This document shows positions 30,380 through 40,282 of a stretch of 64,000 bases of DNA, one piece after another. The position numbers were made by a program, and so were the translations under genes. Every line of letters begins with the position of its first letter. The stretch's first letter is position 1. The DNA comes from a virus. Location of the stretch: the IMG/VR virus record IMGVR_UViG_3300030105_001626, positions 13,625-77,624 of that record; one strand, written 5' to 3'. The notes beneath the pieces were generated by a model, which did not search any database, was not told where the DNA came from, and worked only from the letters and a program-made list of their open reading frames with translations.

Positions 30380-30604
30380 TCATTTTAATGAATTCATCTG
30401 TTCAATTCTTTCTAGTCTAATTTTCTCGAAGGCTATCTTTTTTTCTTCTGGAGTTAAGCTGTCATAGTCTACTTCTGTAGTATATTCAGATTTTGGTTTT
30501 TCACATAAGAAGTTACAACTTATCTTATATATTATTTGATACCATATTGTAAAAAAGAGTATGATACAGAACCAAAGTATTATCTTATTGAAATAATATC
30601 TCAC
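30380..30604 (-). CDS. small membrane protein
   Basis: N-terminal hydrophobic helix; operonic. Confidence 0.55.
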   Translation of the reverse strand: MRYYFNKIILWFCIILFFTIWYQIIYKISCNFLCEKPKSEYTTEVDYDSLTPEEKKIAFEKIRLERIEQMNSLK

Positions 30605-31245
30605 TATCTTGCCATGAAAATATCATTATCCAACATTCTAAGAACTTCAGTTTCTAGTTCAGCAATAGTGCCATTGTTTTCAATTGTATAATCAATATGA
30701 CATCCAACCCAATCAAATTCAGAGGAATGAATTTTAAGTTCTTGCATCCTCATGCAGGCCATTGACCAACGATAGTTTTTCTTAGGACCTTTATTCACAT
30801 TTACAGCATCTTCAAACCATTTTACTTCAGGTCCTCTGATTATTCTTACAATTTTACCACCTTGTTTATGAATCATTTCAATTTCATTGCGAAATCTTAC
30901 ATCAGTAACAACAGTGTTGGTATCTTGAGCTCTTTTCATAAGAGAATGAACCCATATATCTTTGTGAAAGACATTGCGACCACCTTCTGTACCTAATAAT
31001 TGTAAGGCTTCTCTTGGTGTAAATTGGCGACCAAAGGCTTTTGACCAATACTCATCGGGAAGTTCTCGCCAGTTTCTGGACTCTTCTGAATCCCCCTCAA
31101 GTAATCTTCTATCCCATGCAAATATTTCAGCACAAGCATCTTTTAATGGCTTAGCAAAACTGTCTTTGTTATATCCTTGTTTTTGGATAATATCACCAAC
31201 TGTTCCTTTGCCAGACCCCATGAATCCGACAACGCCAATTAACAT
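30604..31245 (-). CDS. gp1: deoxynucleoside monophosphate kinase
   Basis: GFMGSGKGT, FAKPLKD, TPREALQLLGTE, TDVRF. Confidence 0.9.
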   Translation of the reverse strand: MLIGVVGFMGSGKGTVGDIIQKQGYNKDSFAKPLKDACAEIFAWDRRLLEGDSEESRNWRELPDEYWSKAFGRQFTPREALQLLGTEGGRNVFHKDIWVHSLMKRAQDTNTVVTDVRFRNEIEMIHKQGGKIVRIIRGPEVKWFEDAVNVNKGPKKNYRWSMACMRMQELKIHSSEFDWVGCHIDYTIENNGTIAELETEVLRMLDNDIFMAR

Positions 31246-32060
31246 TATAATTTACCTGTGTATTTTGCGACTGCACCCATATCGCCGGTAAAGGCATAAG
31301 TTCCAATATGGTGAGTTTTCATCCAAGGACATAACCAAATTTTACCACCAGTCTTTCGCCACATTTGGCAGAACATATAATCTTCTGATAGATATCGGTC
31401 AGTACCACCGCCAGTATAACTATCTTTTGTATCAATGATTGTATCAAAGAAAGCATGAATATAATTCTTTCCATCAAAATGTTTTTGACCAACATGGTCT
31501 GGTTTATATCTAATTAAAGGAAATTCTTCTTGCATCTTCTCGAACACTCGGCGTTTAATCATCATGTGTCCTGTGCCAATTTCCATTACTTCAATCGGGT
31601 CTGTTACTGTAAATTGTTTTGTGCCTTTAACGACATTAAATACATATTCGCCAACCACTTTATTCAATTCATTAACATCCATATCAGGATGTTTTCTTGC
31701 TGTTTCAGCAATATTTTTCCAATTCATTGACTTTTTAGGATAAGGTCCGCCAACAATATCTTTATCTAGTGCCAATAAAGCAACGATATCTTGTGGGTTG
31801 AATTGAACATCTGCATCAATAAACATCAAGTGAGTATATCCTGACCTTAAGAATTCATCTGCAAGGTAGTTTCTAGCACGAGTGATTAAAGATTCGTTGA
31901 ATAGAAAAGAAAACTTAGTTTCGATTCCGTATTTCATCATTTGGGTTTGTAGGTCTAATGCGGCTTTGGCATAAAGACCAAAACATTGACCACCATACAT
32001 TGGTGTTGCTATAAAAAGTTTACACTTTTTCAGTTCATCTACATTAATTTTGAGTTCCAT
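31245..32060 (-). CDS. glycosyltransferase-like protein
   Basis: NESLITRARN, LMFIDAD, GTGHMMI, LSEDYMFC. Confidence 0.7.
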   Translation of the reverse strand: MELKINVDELKKCKLFIATPMYGGQCFGLYAKAALDLQTQMMKYGIETKFSFLFNESLITRARNYLADEFLRSGYTHLMFIDADVQFNPQDIVALLALDKDIVGGPYPKKSMNWKNIAETARKHPDMDVNELNKVVGEYVFNVVKGTKQFTVTDPIEVMEIGTGHMMIKRRVFEKMQEEFPLIRYKPDHVGQKHFDGKNYIHAFFDTIIDTKDSYTGGGTDRYLSEDYMFCQMWRKTGGKIWLCPWMKTHHIGTYAFTGDMGAVAKYTGKL

Positions 32061-32082
32061 AATATATCCATTAGAGTTAAAT

Positions 32083-32115
32083 AAAAAAAAGGAGCAATAT
32101 TATTTATATCGCTCC
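32083..32115 (-). terminator. terminator with a late promoter TATAAATA embedded in its hairpin
   Basis: GGAGCGATAT-AAATA-ATATTGCTCC followed by T8. Confidence 0.75.
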
Positions 32116-32137
32116 AATTTTAAGTCAAAGCTATACT

Positions 32138-32422
32138 CTAAGCAAAAGCTTTTTCGCCACGAAGGCGTAAATACTCAACACCGGCAGCAACAACTTTTCT
32201 AGTTGGTGTACCCATGCGATAGAATGTAACTTTCTTTCCATTTACCGTTTTGGCATTCGTGTAAATTGCATGACCTTCTTTGCGAAGTTCATCTACTCTG
32301 GCAGCAACATTTTTAATACCAAATGTTGATTGAGCCTTAGCTACGGTTAACGTATTGTAACCTGTTGGTTTTGAAAGGTAACCTAAGATTTTAGCTTTAC
32401 CTGATTTTGATACTCTAGTCAT
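32138..32422 (-). CDS. small winged-HTH-like DNA-binding protein
   Basis: FGIKNVAARVDELRKEGHAI; start at MTRVSK after SD GGAG. Confidence 0.65.
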   Translation of the reverse strand: MTRVSKSGKAKILGYLSKPTGYNTLTVAKAQSTFGIKNVAARVDELRKEGHAIYTNAKTVNGKKVTFYRMGTPTRKVVAAGVEYLRLRGEKAFA

Positions 32423-32554
32423 AAAAAACTCCATGATGTATTTGATTGCATTACAAAAAACAATCAAGCGTGCAATCTTTCACTTGATTGTATAATTATA
32501 TCAGAAAACTAGACTGAATGAGGCAAACTTAACCTCTATTGCCTAGTATTCTAT

Positions 32555-33796
32555 TTAAGTAAGTTGTGATGGATGTAATTCATTATCACTTTTAAGCTCT
32601 TCTAATATCTCTTCATCTGTTTTTTCTTCTTCTGTATTTTCAACAGTGAAAGCATCATCGCCAGCATCGACCTTTGTGTAAAGGTCAAGGAACGAAATCT
32701 TGGTTTCATCATCGAATCTATTTAAACATAGTTCTAATGATTTGGTTTTATCACCAAAGATACTTAAAGTCTCAACGACTTGAACCAATCTTCTAGTTGA
32801 AACAACTTCGTCACAACCACCCTCAGCGAAAGTTTTTCTAATCGCATCAGCCCATGTAACAAGTTTAGTGGCAAAATCATCATCTTTTAAACCGCTCTTA
32901 GCAAGTTCTCCGATAATAATTTTTTTCTCAACAGAAGCAGGTGGCCATTCTTGTTCGTAAGTATTTCTAAATCTTTCTAAGAACGCTTCGTTAAGAATGT
33001 TTGTAAACATATAACGGCCGTCATCAGAACCTTTACCTTTTGTATTCGCAGTGGCGAAGACCGTGAACCCAGGAGAGGGAGCAACCAATTCGCCTTTTTT
33101 CTTAAGCAAAAATGGTTTACCTTCTAGCACACGTTGAAGACATGAAAGATTCTGAGCGCCGTAATCAATTTCATCAATACATAATACTGCACCTTGTCTA
33201 GCAGCAGTAGTAACAGGACCATCTCTCCATTCCATCTGACCATTGATTAACACATAGTTACCAAGTAAGTCTGATTCATCAGTTTCAGGTGTCATTGAAA
33301 CAATTACACACTTACGCTTTAGTTTAGCACAAGCTTGCTCAATAGACATTGTTTTACCATTACCAGAATGGCCTGAAACGAACACAGGAAAGAATTTGCC
33401 TGATTTAACAATTGAAAGAATATCTGCAAAGTTGCCGAAAGGCACATAGTTGTCATAGACATCTGGAACTAAATTTGTAATAGCAAGTTCAGTCGTAACA
33501 TTTGCAATACGACTTCCTGAATCTTCTATCTCAATTTTAGTAGGCACAAAAGGAATAACTTTTGCAGAGGAAACTTTTAATCTAGCTCCGCCTGGTTGTA
33601 ATGCAATTGAAATATCTTCTGGCACTTTATACTGGCCTCTAGATAATTTATTTACATCTTTTTTTGTAAACCAACCGAAACTTTTTAGACCAACTTCTTG
33701 GCCTAGTTTGTTTAGTTCTGTTCTTGACACCGAATCTTTCCCGGTATCTTTGAGCTTCTGAAGAAACTCTTTTCGTATCACATTTAAATCACTCAT
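32555..33796 (-). CDS. cobS: CobS/MoxR-like AAA+ ATPase
   Basis: GHSGNGKT, LCIDEID, ATANTKG, EAFLERF. Confidence 0.85.
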   Translation of the reverse strand: MSDLNVIRKEFLQKLKDTGKDSVSRTELNKLGQEVGLKSFGWFTKKDVNKLSRGQYKVPEDISIALQPGGARLKVSSAKVIPFVPTKIEIEDSGSRIANVTTELAITNLVPDVYDNYVPFGNFADILSIVKSGKFFPVFVSGHSGNGKTMSIEQACAKLKRKCVIVSMTPETDESDLLGNYVLINGQMEWRDGPVTTAARQGAVLCIDEIDYGAQNLSCLQRVLEGKPFLLKKKGELVAPSPGFTVFATANTKGKGSDDGRYMFTNILNEAFLERFRNTYEQEWPPASVEKKIIIGELAKSGLKDDDFATKLVTWADAIRKTFAEGGCDEVVSTRRLVQVVETLSIFGDKTKSLELCLNRFDDETKISFLDLYTKVDAGDDAFTVENTEEEKTDEEILEELKSDNELHPSQLT

Positions 33797-33858
33797 AATA
33801 TACTTTCTCCTAATTTCACTCAGTGGTTTTTCACTGTTATTACTTAATTTCTACAACC

Positions 33859-33886
33859 ATTATAACACAACCGGACCAAAAGTCAA
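33859..33886 (-). promoter_or_regulatory. sigma70-type early promoter
   Basis: CTCGAAAGTGC-TTGACT-N16-TATAAT. Confidence 0.85.
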
Positions 33887-33900
33887 GCACTTTCGAGCAT

Positions 33901-36320
33901 TTAAGCAGCAATTTTATCAATAAATTTACTCACCAGAACTCTGTTAATAACCTTTGATTTATTCACTTTCATAAATGCATTTTTTAATTTGTTAGCAGTT
34001 ACTTTTCCTGATACTTCAACTTCTTTGTCAGCAGCATTTAAGTCTTTGCCTCCAAGAATCATGTAGAAATCATCATAGTTTGGTTTTTGAGAAACCAATA
34101 ATTTTTCTTTTCTAAATATTTTAACAATATTCTTTTGATATTCCCACTTCTCGTATCCTTTATCACTAACAGTTTGACCATCTTCATTTACATATTGTCT
34201 GTAAATAGCATCTTTAACTTCTCTTGAATTTGGAGCAACAATATAGAAACCAATAATTTTAGAACCGGTTAACTTTTTAAACCAATCCATAGTATTAAGA
34301 AATACTTGATTTGTATTATAATGTCCTTGTTTAATTCTAGATGTAAATCTTATTGAATCATCTTTAATCACTATGTTAGTTTCTTGAGTGTCCATTCTTT
34401 TAGTATGTTCATGTGGAAAATGTTCTTCTTTAGGCATATATTTATTTTTTAAGTTATGGTCATTTGGATATTTTTGATATTCATTCAGTCCAAAAGCAGT
34501 GTAGTCATGACAATAGTCAGCATCGCCATCATGTATAATAATTAAATTAACAATGTCAAGACCTCTAGAAGCTTTGAACTCGTTAGTATATTTACCAAGA
34601 GCAACTAATGCTTGAAGCAGTGGAGTATTTGTTAATCTTTCACTCTTTGGAGTATAAGGTCTATTCACTGAATCATATCTAAGATTGTGGTCATATGATT
34701 TTGCTAACAGTAACATGTTTTGAACTGCTTTAGTATACTCAGCTTTATTCATATTTGAATTAAGATATTCTCTTAAGACAACATTTTCTAATTTTAATGT
34801 ACCAACTTTAGTTTCAAAAGATGAAACATCTTCAAGTCCATCTTTATAAGTTTTACTGTCAAATTCTATATCTCTATCCATATACCAAGTTGTACTTGTA
34901 TCTGAAAATGTTTGAACTGTAAATGGAATATTTACTTTTCTACAAAAACTAGAAAGTATTAATACTTGCTCAATAGCACCTTGAATATTATCCCACATTG
35001 AACCAGAATAATCTAATAACAGAATCAGTCCGTGAGATTTACCTTTAGGTATAATCATCATCTTTTTGAAAATGTCATCATTGAATTTATAAGAAGCAAG
35101 TTTGTTAATATCTAAATCACCAGTACTTGCAGTTCTTCTCTTGCCATAAACTTTGGCAGCTTTTTTCATTTCGAATTCTTTAGCAAGTAAAGCTACAAAC
35201 TTATCATTTTTCTTTTTAAAGTCATTATAGATTTCATCTTTGTAACCTTTCTTAAAATATCCTGCAACTTCTTGGTTTTGAAAATCGTTAGATAATAATT
35301 CTTGAACTTTTTTAGCAGGAGTGATAATATTTTTCATGATAGGTTTAGGAAAGTCAAGGTAAATAAACTCTTTACTTTCTTCGTCAACTAATGAGTTCTC
35401 ATTATTTCTATAATTTTCATCAGTTTCACATCTTGGTCCATCATCAACTTCTGATTCTTCGTAACCTGAATCTTTAAATCTATTTAATCCTGTAATTTCG
35501 CCATTTTCATCTGATTCTTCTGAATCATCATCATCATCGCAATTTGTTTTATTTTCATTTTCGTCTTCACCTTCTTCTGAATCATCATCTGAATTATTTT
35601 CAGAATTATTGCCGTCTTTACCGTCATCATCTTGAGAATCATCATTTTCATATTCATCATAACCTGAATCTTCATCATCAGGGTCTTCAGAAAAGTATTG
35701 CTCTTCTTGTGACATCATCTCGTCCTGATAATCTAATTGCTCTTCAGTTGAATATGCATATATATCATTCGTAACATTAACAACATCTGACCATGATTCT
35801 GTAGTCTTAACTCTTTCTAATAATTTAGTTTCTTCTTCATTAAAATCAAGAGCCATAGTATATTGTGATTTAGTATAAAGATTTAGTCTATCGATAAAAG
35901 CTAATTTGTTAGCGTCTCTACCTTGAAGACCAAAGAAATCTTTTTCTCTTAAATCAGCATATGCTGTTTTGAATGATTTTTTTAGACCTGGATATTTTCT
36001 TTGTACACGCTTCTCGATTCTAGCATCTTCAATTACATTTAAAAAGTTTTTATAATTCTTACCTTTATTATTAATTGTAACTGCATCATGCCATCCTTCA
36101 GCAGGTGTATACAGAGCATGGCCAACTTCATGTCCACAAAGTAAATCATAAGTTGTACCTATCATATCAGTCCAGATTGGAAGATATAATATTCTGTTTT
36201 TAGGGTCGAACTTTGCAGTAGAAATCTTCTGATGTTCGATTGTTAGATTTTCATTAGCCATCAGTTTTGCTAACTGAGACTTCTGTTCTTGTAATAAATT
36301 GTCTTCTTTTTTCACTATCA
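33901..36320 (-). CDS. CobT-like metallopeptidase-vWA protein (partner of CobS)
   Basis: HEVGH zinc motif, NVIEDARIE, acidic linker, DYSGSM MIDAS; start uncertain because the ORF-track start overlaps a promoter. Confidence 0.8.
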
Positions 36321-36328
36321 TGTAATCC

Positions 36329-36356
36329 ATTATACAGATTTCCATGCAAAAGTCAA
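36329..36356 (-). promoter_or_regulatory. sigma70-type early promoter
   Basis: CTCGAAAGTGC-TTGACT-N16-TATAAT. Confidence 0.85.
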
Positions 36357-36419
36357 GCACTTTCGAGCTTTATTTTAGCAATTTAATGATAAGTTTTACT
36401 TATTAAAGAACTCAATAAG

Positions 36420-36488
36420 TGGAGCGGAGATTAGGATTCGCACCTAAAGAATTGACTGGAAGCCATTTCTGTTCTACTACTTCTCCGC
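36420..36488 (-). tRNA. atypical D-armless tRNA-Gly(UCC)-like RNA, copy B
   Basis: Acceptor GCGGAGA/TCTCCGC followed by T-CCA; T arm TTAGG-TGCGAAT-CCTAA; loop CTTCCAG; no D stem. Confidence 0.75.
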
Positions 36489-36494
36489 AAAAAG

Positions 36495-36563
36495 TGGAGC
36501 GGTGTGTCAGATTCGCACTGACTGATTAAACGGGAAGAATAATCTGTTCTACTAACCCACCGC
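36495..36563 (-). tRNA. atypical D-armless tRNA-Gly-like RNA, copy A
   Basis: Acceptor GCGGTG/CACCGC followed by T-CCA; T arm GTCAG-TGCGAAT-CTGAC; loop CTTCCCG; no D stem. Confidence 0.75.
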
Positions 36564-36575
36564 AATTAAGTAACC

Positions 36576-36603
36576 ATTATACATGATTGACATCACAAGT
36601 CAA
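36576..36603 (-). promoter_or_regulatory. sigma70 promoter driving the tRNA-like pair
   Basis: TTGACT-N16-TATAAT, ending 12 nt before copy A. Confidence 0.85.
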
Positions 36604-36618
36604 GCATTATATCCATTA

Positions 36619-37899
36619 TTACCGACCAACTTGGTCTAGATAATAATCTTTAGTTTCTTCCCACGATAACACCGTTAAGTTATCATAGAATAATGTTTCT
36701 GTAGAAACTCGGTCTGATTCTTTTAAATTTCTAATTCTCTTTGTTGCATATCTTTCTTTCCATAAAGTTACCAGAGCTTCAGTCGAAGTATCAAATGATT
36801 TTACTAATTTGTCTTCAGTAATATCACCTCTTAAGAACTCGGCTGAATTATTGTATAAAGGAGAAAAGTATATACCTCTGGCATGAGCTGATTGTGTTAA
36901 TGCTTTATCCATTTTCATTTGTGAATATGCAAATGATAGTGACCTATTCTTATGGTCTCTTTTGTGTGGTTGCCCACTTGGTTTCTTTGCAACATACCAT
37001 TCAAAGTATTTTCTGGTATGATTTTTCTTTATCCAATCATTAATTTTATTTCTAGTCACTCTTCTTGGTTCAAACTTAACTGAACCTGCAGTGAATCCCA
37101 TTTTCTTCCAGTGTTTAAGTCTATCGTATTGTGATAGTCCATGAAGTTTCGCTTTACCATATAAGGATGTAGTTGTAACGCCTATTAGCGTGTCACCATA
37201 CAATTCTTTCCATAGTTTCTGTATCTTATCATCTAAACATAATAATGCTAATAACTTACCACCTGTGTAGTTGTAACCTAAAGGTTGTAAAGGAACAATC
37301 GTAGAACCAATCGCTGTATGATTAATCATTGAACCTTGTGTTTTAAGTTCTCTACTCCATCCAATAAAATTATCTCTAGGCGTTAAGTCTAGAAAGTCTG
37401 AAGAAATACAAATAACACCAAGATATTTTTTAGTTGGTTTATCTCTGACAATGAAGTTAAGATTACGACCAATATTAGAATTGTTTTTCATTGTAGATGA
37501 GAATGTTCTAATTACATTCCATAGTTCTGGCAAGTCTTCTTGTTTGTTTGCATATATGAGTTCAGGTTCTATATTCATAAACTCATCTAAGTCTTGTGGA
37601 TTCCAAACATTATTTTTAACTTCTTCAATAGCTATTCTTTGTTTATCGTTGGCTAGAACTTTCTTCTCGCCTTCCCATAAATCATTAACCATAGTGAATG
37701 GATATTTTTCTTGTACTTCACACCACTTTTGATACAATGTATATTCTTTTACGTCCATCTTTGAAACAAATTCAAGGTCTGTAATCGTCTCTTGTTTAAT
37801 TTGTTCAAAGTCAGGGTCATCCATATCTTCTACAGGATTAGCCTCTGACCATTTTTCCCACTGAACTTCTACATCATCTTTTGTATAATCAATTGCCAT
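36619..37899 (-). CDS. DUF4338 (DruA)-like protein, paralog 1
   Basis: GRNLNFIV, RDNFIGW, PLGYNYTGGKLLA, TTTSLYG, SQYDRL. Confidence 0.7.
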   Translation of the reverse strand: MAIDYTKDDVEVQWEKWSEANPVEDMDDPDFEQIKQETITDLEFVSKMDVKEYTLYQKWCEVQEKYPFTMVNDLWEGEKKVLANDKQRIAIEEVKNNVWNPQDLDEFMNIEPELIYANKQEDLPELWNVIRTFSSTMKNNSNIGRNLNFIVRDKPTKKYLGVICISSDFLDLTPRDNFIGWSRELKTQGSMINHTAIGSTIVPLQPLGYNYTGGKLLALLCLDDKIQKLWKELYGDTLIGVTTTSLYGKAKLHGLSQYDRLKHWKKMGFTAGSVKFEPRRVTRNKINDWIKKNHTRKYFEWYVAKKPSGQPHKRDHKNRSLSFAYSQMKMDKALTQSAHARGIYFSPLYNNSAEFLRGDITEDKLVKSFDTSTEALVTLWKERYATKRIRNLKESDRVSTETLFYDNLTVLSWEETKDYYLDQVGR

Positions 37900-38571
37900 T
37901 TACATTTCGTTCCATTTAAATTTGTTTTTCTGTTTTCTTGTTTCAGTCTTCATTAGTTTATTCTGCTTCTTCTTTGCTAAGGATAACACAAGATTGGACA
38001 CCTGTGAGGTAAACTTTATTCCGTTCATATGGTCTAATTCGTGTTGAAAACATCGTGCTAACATTCCATCTAAATGTTTATTTACAGTCTCGCCATTTTC
38101 ATCTTGATATTCAACGTCAATCTCTTCGTATCTCTTTATAGAAAGAATTAAACCAGGATAAGATAAACAACCTTCATCTAGCTTAATATCATTTTGGCCA
38201 AATGCAATCAATTTAGGATTAACACAAACCATCTCTTCACCTAGATGTGTCATTATAAACATTCTTGTTGACACATTACATTGATTAGCTGATAATCCAA
38301 TACCACCAAACTTTCTCATGGTCATTTTCATTCTCGCTATGAGTGTTCTCATGTTAGCATTAGGTAAAGCTTCATCATAAACAGGCATTGTTTCACTTAA
38401 CAATGGAAGTTGGTCGTCATATAAATCTAATGGTTCTTCTCTGAGTTTTTTTATCTCTTCAGTTGGGTTTTCTTTTGTTTCTGGTCCAAGGCCTTCTGCT
38501 GTGCTATAGTTAAATGTCATGCCTGGTTCAGTAACTACTGTTGTATCATCAAATTGTTTAATATCACTCAT
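37900..38571 (-). CDS. def: peptide deformylase
   Basis: GIGLSANQ, EGCLS, QHELDH. Confidence 0.95.
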   Translation of the reverse strand: MSDIKQFDDTTVVTEPGMTFNYSTAEGLGPETKENPTEEIKKLREEPLDLYDDQLPLLSETMPVYDEALPNANMRTLIARMKMTMRKFGGIGLSANQCNVSTRMFIMTHLGEEMVCVNPKLIAFGQNDIKLDEGCLSYPGLILSIKRYEEIDVEYQDENGETVNKHLDGMLARCFQHELDHMNGIKFTSQVSNLVLSLAKKKQNKLMKTETRKQKNKFKWNEM

Positions 38572-40282
38572 GTTTTTCTATCCTTGAAAAGTTCTTAACT
38601 TTACTAAATTTAATTATATTTTGAAATTTATCTTGTAGTATATCGCCTTTATGTGATATCACAAAAATATTCACATCATCTAGTTCATGTAGAATCTTAA
38701 GTAACTCATCAACGCCTGTAGCGTCTAGTGATGAATCGAATGTTTCATCTAGTATGAGTAGATTGGTGTTAGTAGAATTCTTTAGTCTAGCAACGGCACG
38801 CCAAGTTAGCATAAGTGCCATGTCAATTCTTTGTTTTTCGCCTTGTGAGAAGTTATTATATGTAAAGTCATCTCTGAATCTAGATTTAATTGATTCTTTA
38901 AATGATTCGTCAAGGGTAAAGTTTACAAAGAAATCTAATTTAGCCAAATAACTATTTACTAATTTGTTTATTACAGGTAAGTATTGTTTTATAATCTTTG
39001 TTTTAATACCAGTGTCTTTAAGTAAAGCACTAGCTACTTCAAAGTATTCTTTATCATCAAGTAATTTTTTAAACTCAGTTTCTTTGTCTTCAATCTCTTT
39101 TTTGAGTTCACTTAACTTCAACTCTTCTATGTCTGAAACTGTTTTTGTGTTTTGTAATTCTTCAATACTTGTTTTGATTCGAGTGATGTATCTATTAATT
39201 TCAGTTATTGATGTTGTATTTGTTGCCGTCTTAATCTGTAATGCTTGTATCTCTAATTGTTTTACTGAGATAGTATTAAGCTTAGTCTGTTCTTCGGTTA
39301 CTTTAGTATCAAGTTCAACTAGACCTGTGTCACAACCAGTAATCTTATCGGTAAGTGTTACAATTTGTTCTGACTTAAAATCAGATTCAATTCCTTGCCT
39401 ACATGTTGGACAGTCATCATTGTGTTCAAAGAAATTAACATCTTTTTTATATTTCGATAGATTAGTTTCTATTTGAGATTCTAGATGATGGTACTGTTTT
39501 ACTCGTTGTTCGATTTCGAGTTTGTTTGTAACAACCTTTTGAATTTCAGCGACTTGTAATCCAATGCTCTCAATTTCTTCAGTGAGATTGTTAATATTAG
39601 TTTCGTTGGTAGAAATATCTGTTTCGTATTCATCTATTTTGTCTTCATTGTTTTGTTTTAAATCGCCTATTCGTTTTTCTTCAAATTCATATTTCTGTTG
39701 TGTCAATTGAATCGTGTGTCTTTTGTCGTTGAGTAAATCTTTGTTATTACCCAATCGTTCTCTTGTAAGTTTATTCATTACCGAGAATATTTGTATATCT
39801 AATAAGTCTTCAATTATAGCACGTCTATCATTATTTGATAGTTGCATAAACGGAGTAAATGCGGCTGAACCTAGTACCACTATTTGTGTGAAAGATTTAT
39901 AGTTCATTTTTAATATGAACTTCTCAAGTTGTTCTTGATAATCTCTTATAGCTGCATCTTGGTTTAATAACTCACCATCGATATATATTTCAAATTTATT
40001 AGGTTTGATAGTACGAACAACTCTATATGATTTATTGTTTGTATCAAACTCTACTTCTACTTCACAGTTTTTACCATTAATCGAGTTAGTTAGATTGCCT
40101 TTTGGAATACTACGAAATGGTTTACCAAATAATCCAAAACACAAAGCATCAAGCAACGTAGACTTGCCTGAACCATTGACACCAACAATTAATGTATTGA
40201 TGTTCTTATCTAAATTAATTTCTGAAAAATGATTACCTGTACTTAATAGGTTTTTCCATTTTACTTTTCTAAATATAATCAA
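38564..40282 (-). CDS. gp46: recombination endonuclease ATPase subunit (Rad50/SbcC-like)
   Basis: GVNGSGKS, CPTC zinc hook, FSQGE, LDE. Confidence 0.95.
   Translation of the reverse strand: MIIFRKVKWKNLLSTGNHFSEINLDKNINTLIVGVNGSGKSTLLDALCFGLFGKPFRSIPKGNLTNSINGKNCEVEVEFDTNNKSYRVVRTIKPNKFEIYIDGELLNQDAAIRDYQEQLEKFILKMNYKSFTQIVVLGSAAFTPFMQLSNNDRRAIIEDLLDIQIFSVMNKLTRERLGNNKDLLNDKRHTIQLTQQKYEFEEKRIGDLKQNNEDKIDEYETDISTNETNINNLTEEIESIGLQVAEIQKVVTNKLEIEQRVKQYHHLESQIETNLSKYKKDVNFFEHNDDCPTCRQGIESDFKSEQIVTLTDKITGCDTGLVELDTKVTEEQTKLNTISVKQLEIQALQIKTATNTTSITEINRYITRIKTSIEELQNTKTVSDIEELKLSELKKEIEDKETEFKKLLDDKEYFEVASALLKDTGIKTKIIKQYLPVINKLVNSYLAKLDFFVNFTLDESFKESIKSRFRDDFTYNNFSQGEKQRIDMALMLTWRAVARLKNSTNTNLLILDETFDSSLDATGVDELLKILHELDDVNIFVISHKGDILQDKFQNIIKFSKVKNFSRIEKHE

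Noticed and set aside
35460-35720. GAT/TCA-rich low-complexity repeats (also about 48030-48130)
   Set aside because: They encode acidic linkers of the vWA protein and gp22; they are not separate elements
32555-36320. Cobalamin biosynthesis function for cobS/cobT-like genes
   Set aside because: No cobN or other cob genes; a MoxR-vWA chaperone pair common in T4-like phages is more likely
36420-36563. CRISPR mini-array or ordinary tRNA pseudogenes
   Set aside because: The repeated parts map to tRNA arms with compensatory changes, identical length and intact CCA; no cas genes are present
36619-37899. Complete Druantia defence system
   Set aside because: Only DruA-like (DUF4338) genes are present; no DruE helicase or other dru genes are recognisable in the window
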